From: Promethearchaeota archaeon
GTDB taxonomy: Archaea; Asgardarchaeota; Odinarchaeia; Odinarchaeales; JBHLKK01
Direction: 5' to 3'
Assembly (NCBI GenBank): GCA_048939465.1
Contig: JBHLPL010000079.1
Location: 1-9,151 of the forward strand
Length of the DNA: 9,151 bases
Shown: one piece after another, positions 6,209-9,151 of the stretch
Layout of the letters: the number at the start of each line of letters is the position of its first letter
Numbering within the stretch: the first letter of the stretch is position 1
Made by a program: the position numbers and the translations under genes
The notes under the pieces: model-generated
What the model was told of the DNA's origin: nothing
Seen by the model: only the letters and a program-made list of their open reading frames with translations
Databases searched by the model: none

Positions 6209-7635
6209 ATGAATAATACAAATCCATTTATTCCAAATTCGTCGGAATCCATAAAGAAAGAAATGTTGGAAGAAGTTGGCCTTAGTAGCATTGAAGAGCT
6301 CTATAAGGATATCCCACCAGACCTGAGATTAGACCGTAAATTAGATCTTCCTGGTCCTCTTTCTGAACACGATGTTTATCGAGCAGTAAAAGAGATTCTT
6401 GGTAGGAACTGCACTACAGAAGATATGCCAATATTCCTCGGAGCGGGCGTATATCCCCATTACATTCCTGCGGTTGTCAAATCTATGACTAGTCGGGGAG
6501 AATTCTTAACGGCTTATACCCCATATGACTGATCTAGTGATCATTCAGGGGAAATCAAGCAGAGATATCCCAAGGAATACTTCAGGCGTTCTTTGAGTAC
6601 CAGAGCCTGATGGCAGAGCTCGCAGATATCGAAGTAGTAAATGCTTCAATGTACGATTGGGCCTCAGCTTTGGGAGAAGCTGCATTGATGTCAAAGCGAT
6701 TAACCAAACGTAACACTTTCTTAGTACCCCACATAATTCATCCAGAGAGACTGGCTACATTGAGAACTTATGCCACGCCGGTCGGGATAGATTTAGTGGA
6801 AGTTGGGTTTAGCAGTGAATCAGGTCAGTTGGACATCGAAGATCTGAAGAGCAAAATCTCTGAGGACGTAGCTGGAGTATACATAGAAAATCCCTCATAT
6901 CTTGGTTTTTTGGAAACGCAAGTGGATGAAATAGCAGAACTCACGCATGATAATAAAAGCCTCCTAATAGCAGGCGTGGATCCCACATCTCTTGGAGTCA
7001 TAAGACCACCAGGAGATTACGATGCCGATATAATCATTGGGGAGGGGCAACCACTGGGGAGTCCGATGAATTTTGGAGGGCCGCTTCTGGGCATATTTGG
7101 GTGTAAGGACGATAGACGAATGATTAGGCATCTGCCGGGACGCTTAATTGGCATGACCACTACCGAAGACGGTAAGAAACGGGGGTTTACTATGACGCTA
7201 GGTTCAAGGGAACAGCACATCAGAAGGGAAAAAGCAACATCAAACATCTGTACGAACGAAGCTCTGGGTTGCGTGGCGGCCGCGGTTTACTTAACTTTGC
7301 TCGGTCCAGTAGGCATGCAAAAACTTGGAGAGATTATTCTTCACAATTCACATTATGCTATGAAAAAAATAGGGGAAATTACCGGAGTCGAAACACCTTT
7401 GTTTGAAGCGCCTCACTTTAAGGAATTTACAGTGAATGTCGACGAAACCGGAGTCGGCATAAGTGATATTCAGAAGAGTCTTATTGATTTAGGTGTTCAT
7501 GGAGGAAAAATAATCAAAAAGGAGTTTCCTGAATTCGGGGAGACCTCGCTCTTCTGTGTTACGGAAATACATACTCGAGAAGATATCCTTAAACTGGTCG
7601 ATGCATTGAGCGAAATTGTTGGAGGAGGAACTTGA
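6209..7635 (+). CDS. gcvPA: Glycine cleavage system P protein subunit 1, intron-containing: join(6209..6524,6554..7635), 465 aa after splicing
   Basis: Exon 1 has PFIPN, FLGAGVYPHYIP and SRGEFLTAYTP. Exon 2 has (Y)QAEISQGILQAFFEYQSLMAEL, NASMYD, GEGQPLG, FGGP, LPGRLIG and REQHIRREKATSNICTN. The joined length is 316+1082=1398 nt, a multiple of 3, with one terminal stop. Confidence 0.93.
6525..6553 (+). other. 29-nt BHB-type mRNA intron in gcvPA (ATGACTGATCTAGTGATCATTCAGGGGAA)
   Basis: Central helix CCCC(6519-6522):GGGG(6548-6551); 3-nt bulges AT|A (6523-6525) and AA|A (6552-6554); inner hairpin 6526-6547 with 8 Watson-Crick pairs, one C/T mismatch and a TAGT loop; outer pairs A6518:T6555 and GCTT(6512-6515):AAGC(6557-6560). 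It contains the in-frame TGA (6530-6532) and shifts the frame. Confidence 0.9.
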
Positions 7636-9151
7636 ATGATTAAGGAGTTTCATCAGGCAAAATGGAATGAACCTGTCATTTTTGAATTAGGACATAGAGG
7701 GAAAATCGGGCATCGACTTCGAGATGTGGACAAAATAATAAGAGAGGAAGTGGGAGACGTTCTGAGTAAGATTCCGTCAAACATGAGGAGAAAGAAGTCT
7801 CCTAATCTTCCGGAGATTTCTGAGGTGGAGGCAGTAAGGCATTTCACGCGTCTTTCACAGATGAATTGGGGGGTAGATTGTGGTATATATCCTCTTGGAA
7901 GCTGCACTATGAAGTATAGTCCAAAGATCAACGAAGTTATTGCCAATTTGGGTCATGTAGCAAATATCCATCCGTACCAAGATGAAAGAACAATTCAAGG
8001 TGCTTTGGAGATCATGTATAAGCTGGAGAGCTGGTTTGCGGAGATAACTGGAACACATCGTGTAACACTACAGCCTGCCGCTGGAGCTCACGGTGAATTC
8101 ACCGGCATACAGATCATTCGTGCATATCATGAACTTAACAACCAGCTTGATCAAAGGACTGAAATCGTAGTGCCAGACTCAGCCCATGGCACTAATCCGG
8201 CCAGCGCAGTGATGGGGGGATTTGACTGCGTTGTTGTTCCAACAAATGAGAACGGACTGGTCGATATAGACGCTTTGCAAAATGCAGTCTCGGAAAATAC
8301 CGCAGGACTTATGCTAACCAATCCAAATACACTAGGGCTTTTCGAAAGGGAGATAGGTGATATTTCAAAAATCCTACACAGTGCAGGAGCCCTGCTATAC
8401 TATGACGGAGCCAATCTAAATGCCATTCTGGGGAAAGTTCGTCCAGGAGACATGGGCTTTGATATCGTTCACGTTAACGTTCATAAAACGTTTTCGACAC
8501 CTCATGGGGGAGGCGGACCTGGTGCGGGTCCCTTGGGAGTTTCCAGCGAGCTTGAGAAGTTCCTGCCCGTCCCCCTTGTAGAGTTTGATGGTGAAAAGTA
8601 CTTTTTTGATTACGACCGTCCTCACTCCATCGGGAAGGTGAAGGGATTCTATGGCAACTTCGCAGTTATCGTAAGAGCCTTCGCTTACATCCTATCAATG
8701 GGACCGACGGGATTAGAAGAAGTGGCAGAGAATTCTGTCTTAAACGCCAACTACATAGCTCGGAAATTGCTAAAAACAGAGGGATATGAACTACCATATG
8801 CCCCTAAGACTCCAAGAAAACATGAGGTAGTTTTCAGTACCACACCGCTCTTGCAAAAGACTCACATTTCGGCATTGAATGTCTCCAAAAGACTGCTCGA
8901 TTATGGTGTTCACGCTCCCACAAATTACTTTCCATTGATTGTACACGAGGCTTTGATGATAGAACCTACTGAAACTGAACCAGAGGAAGAGTTGAATCGC
9001 TTTGTAGATGCACTAAAGAAGATTTCTGAAGAGGCTTTTACAAATCCAGAACTCGTGCTAAGTGCTCCCCATAATACAAGCGTTTCAAAACTAGATGAAG
9101 TAAAGGCAGCTCATCCAAAGACTATGCGCCTATCTTGGCGAATGAAAGAGA
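7636..9151 (+). CDS. gcvPB: Glycine cleavage system P protein subunit 2 (3'-partial, open to the window end; missing from the ORF track because it has no stop)
   Basis: ATG directly after the gcvPA TGA, preceded by GGAGGAGG. My manual translation gives 505 uninterrupted codons with EVEAVRHFTRLS, YPLGSCTMKYSPK, LQPAAGAHGE, PDSAHGTNPASA, YYDGANLNA, the PLP-lysine motif HKTFSTPHGGGGPG (Lys codon 8485-8487) and LMIEPTETE. Confidence 0.97.
   Translation, partial: MIKEFHQAKWNEPVIFELGHRGKIGHRLRDVDKIIREEVGDVLSKIPSNMRRKKSPNLPEISEVEAVRHFTRLSQMNWGVDCGIYPLGSCTMKYSPKINEVIANLGHVANIHPYQDERTIQGALEIMYKLESWFAEITGTHRVTLQPAAGAHGEFTGIQIIRAYHELNNQLDQRTEIVVPDSAHGTNPASAVMGGFDCVVVPTNENGLVDIDALQNAVSENTAGLMLTNPNTLGLFEREIGDISKILHSAGALLYYDGANLNAILGKVRPGDMGFDIVHVNVHKTFSTPHGGGGPGAGPLGVSSELEKFLPVPLVEFDGEKYFFDYDRPHSIGKVKGFYGNFAVIVRAFAYILSMGPTGLEEVAENSVLNANYIARKLLKTEGYELPYAPKTPRKHEVVFSTTPLLQKTHISALNVSKRLLDYGVHAPTNYFPLIVHEALMIEPTETEPEEELNRFVDALKKISEEAFTNPELVLSAPHNTSVSKLDEVKAAHPKTMRLSWRMKE

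Noticed and set aside
6209-6532. Reading gcvPA as two separate genes (107 aa + 341 aa), a pseudogene or a programmed frameshift
   Set aside because: The conserved QAEISQG..FEYQ segment (6556-6609) lies between the two ORFs in the frame of the second. The extra 29 nt form a full BHB, there is no slippery sequence, and a stop would still have to be bypassed.
7017-8625. Minus-strand ORFs 7017..7247, 7653..7946, 7855..8058 and 8416..8625
   Set aside because: Short antisense shadows of gcvPA and gcvPB.
1-9151. CRISPR arrays, IS elements, integrase
   Set aside because: No regularly spaced repeats, terminal inverted repeats or transposase/integrase ORFs were seen.

Overview
Archaeal chromosomal window, probably Bathyarchaeia or a related TACK/Asgard lineage (inference from BRE/TATA promoters, the A1:U72 tRNA-Gln and DnaK sequence features). 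Left part, + strand: heat-shock cluster of hsp20, a Phr/COG1777-type repressor, grpE and dnaK, followed by only a 15-codon dnaJ stump. The stump abuts the CCA end of a minus-strand tRNA-Gln(UUG) with a 10-nt D-loop insert. Middle, - strand: a ribophorin I (Rpn1/Ost1)-like membrane glycoprotein. Right part, + strand: glycine cleavage P-protein genes gcvPA and gcvPB, the latter running off the window end. Main observation: gcvPA appears split into two ORFs, but it is interrupted by a 29-nt insert (6525-6553) that folds with its flanks into a canonical bulge-helix-bulge (BHB) motif. Removing it at the predicted splicing-endonuclease cut sites restores the frame and the conserved YTPYQxEISQG motif, so it is very likely an archaeal mRNA intron. 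All analysis was by eye; no searches or folding programs were run.
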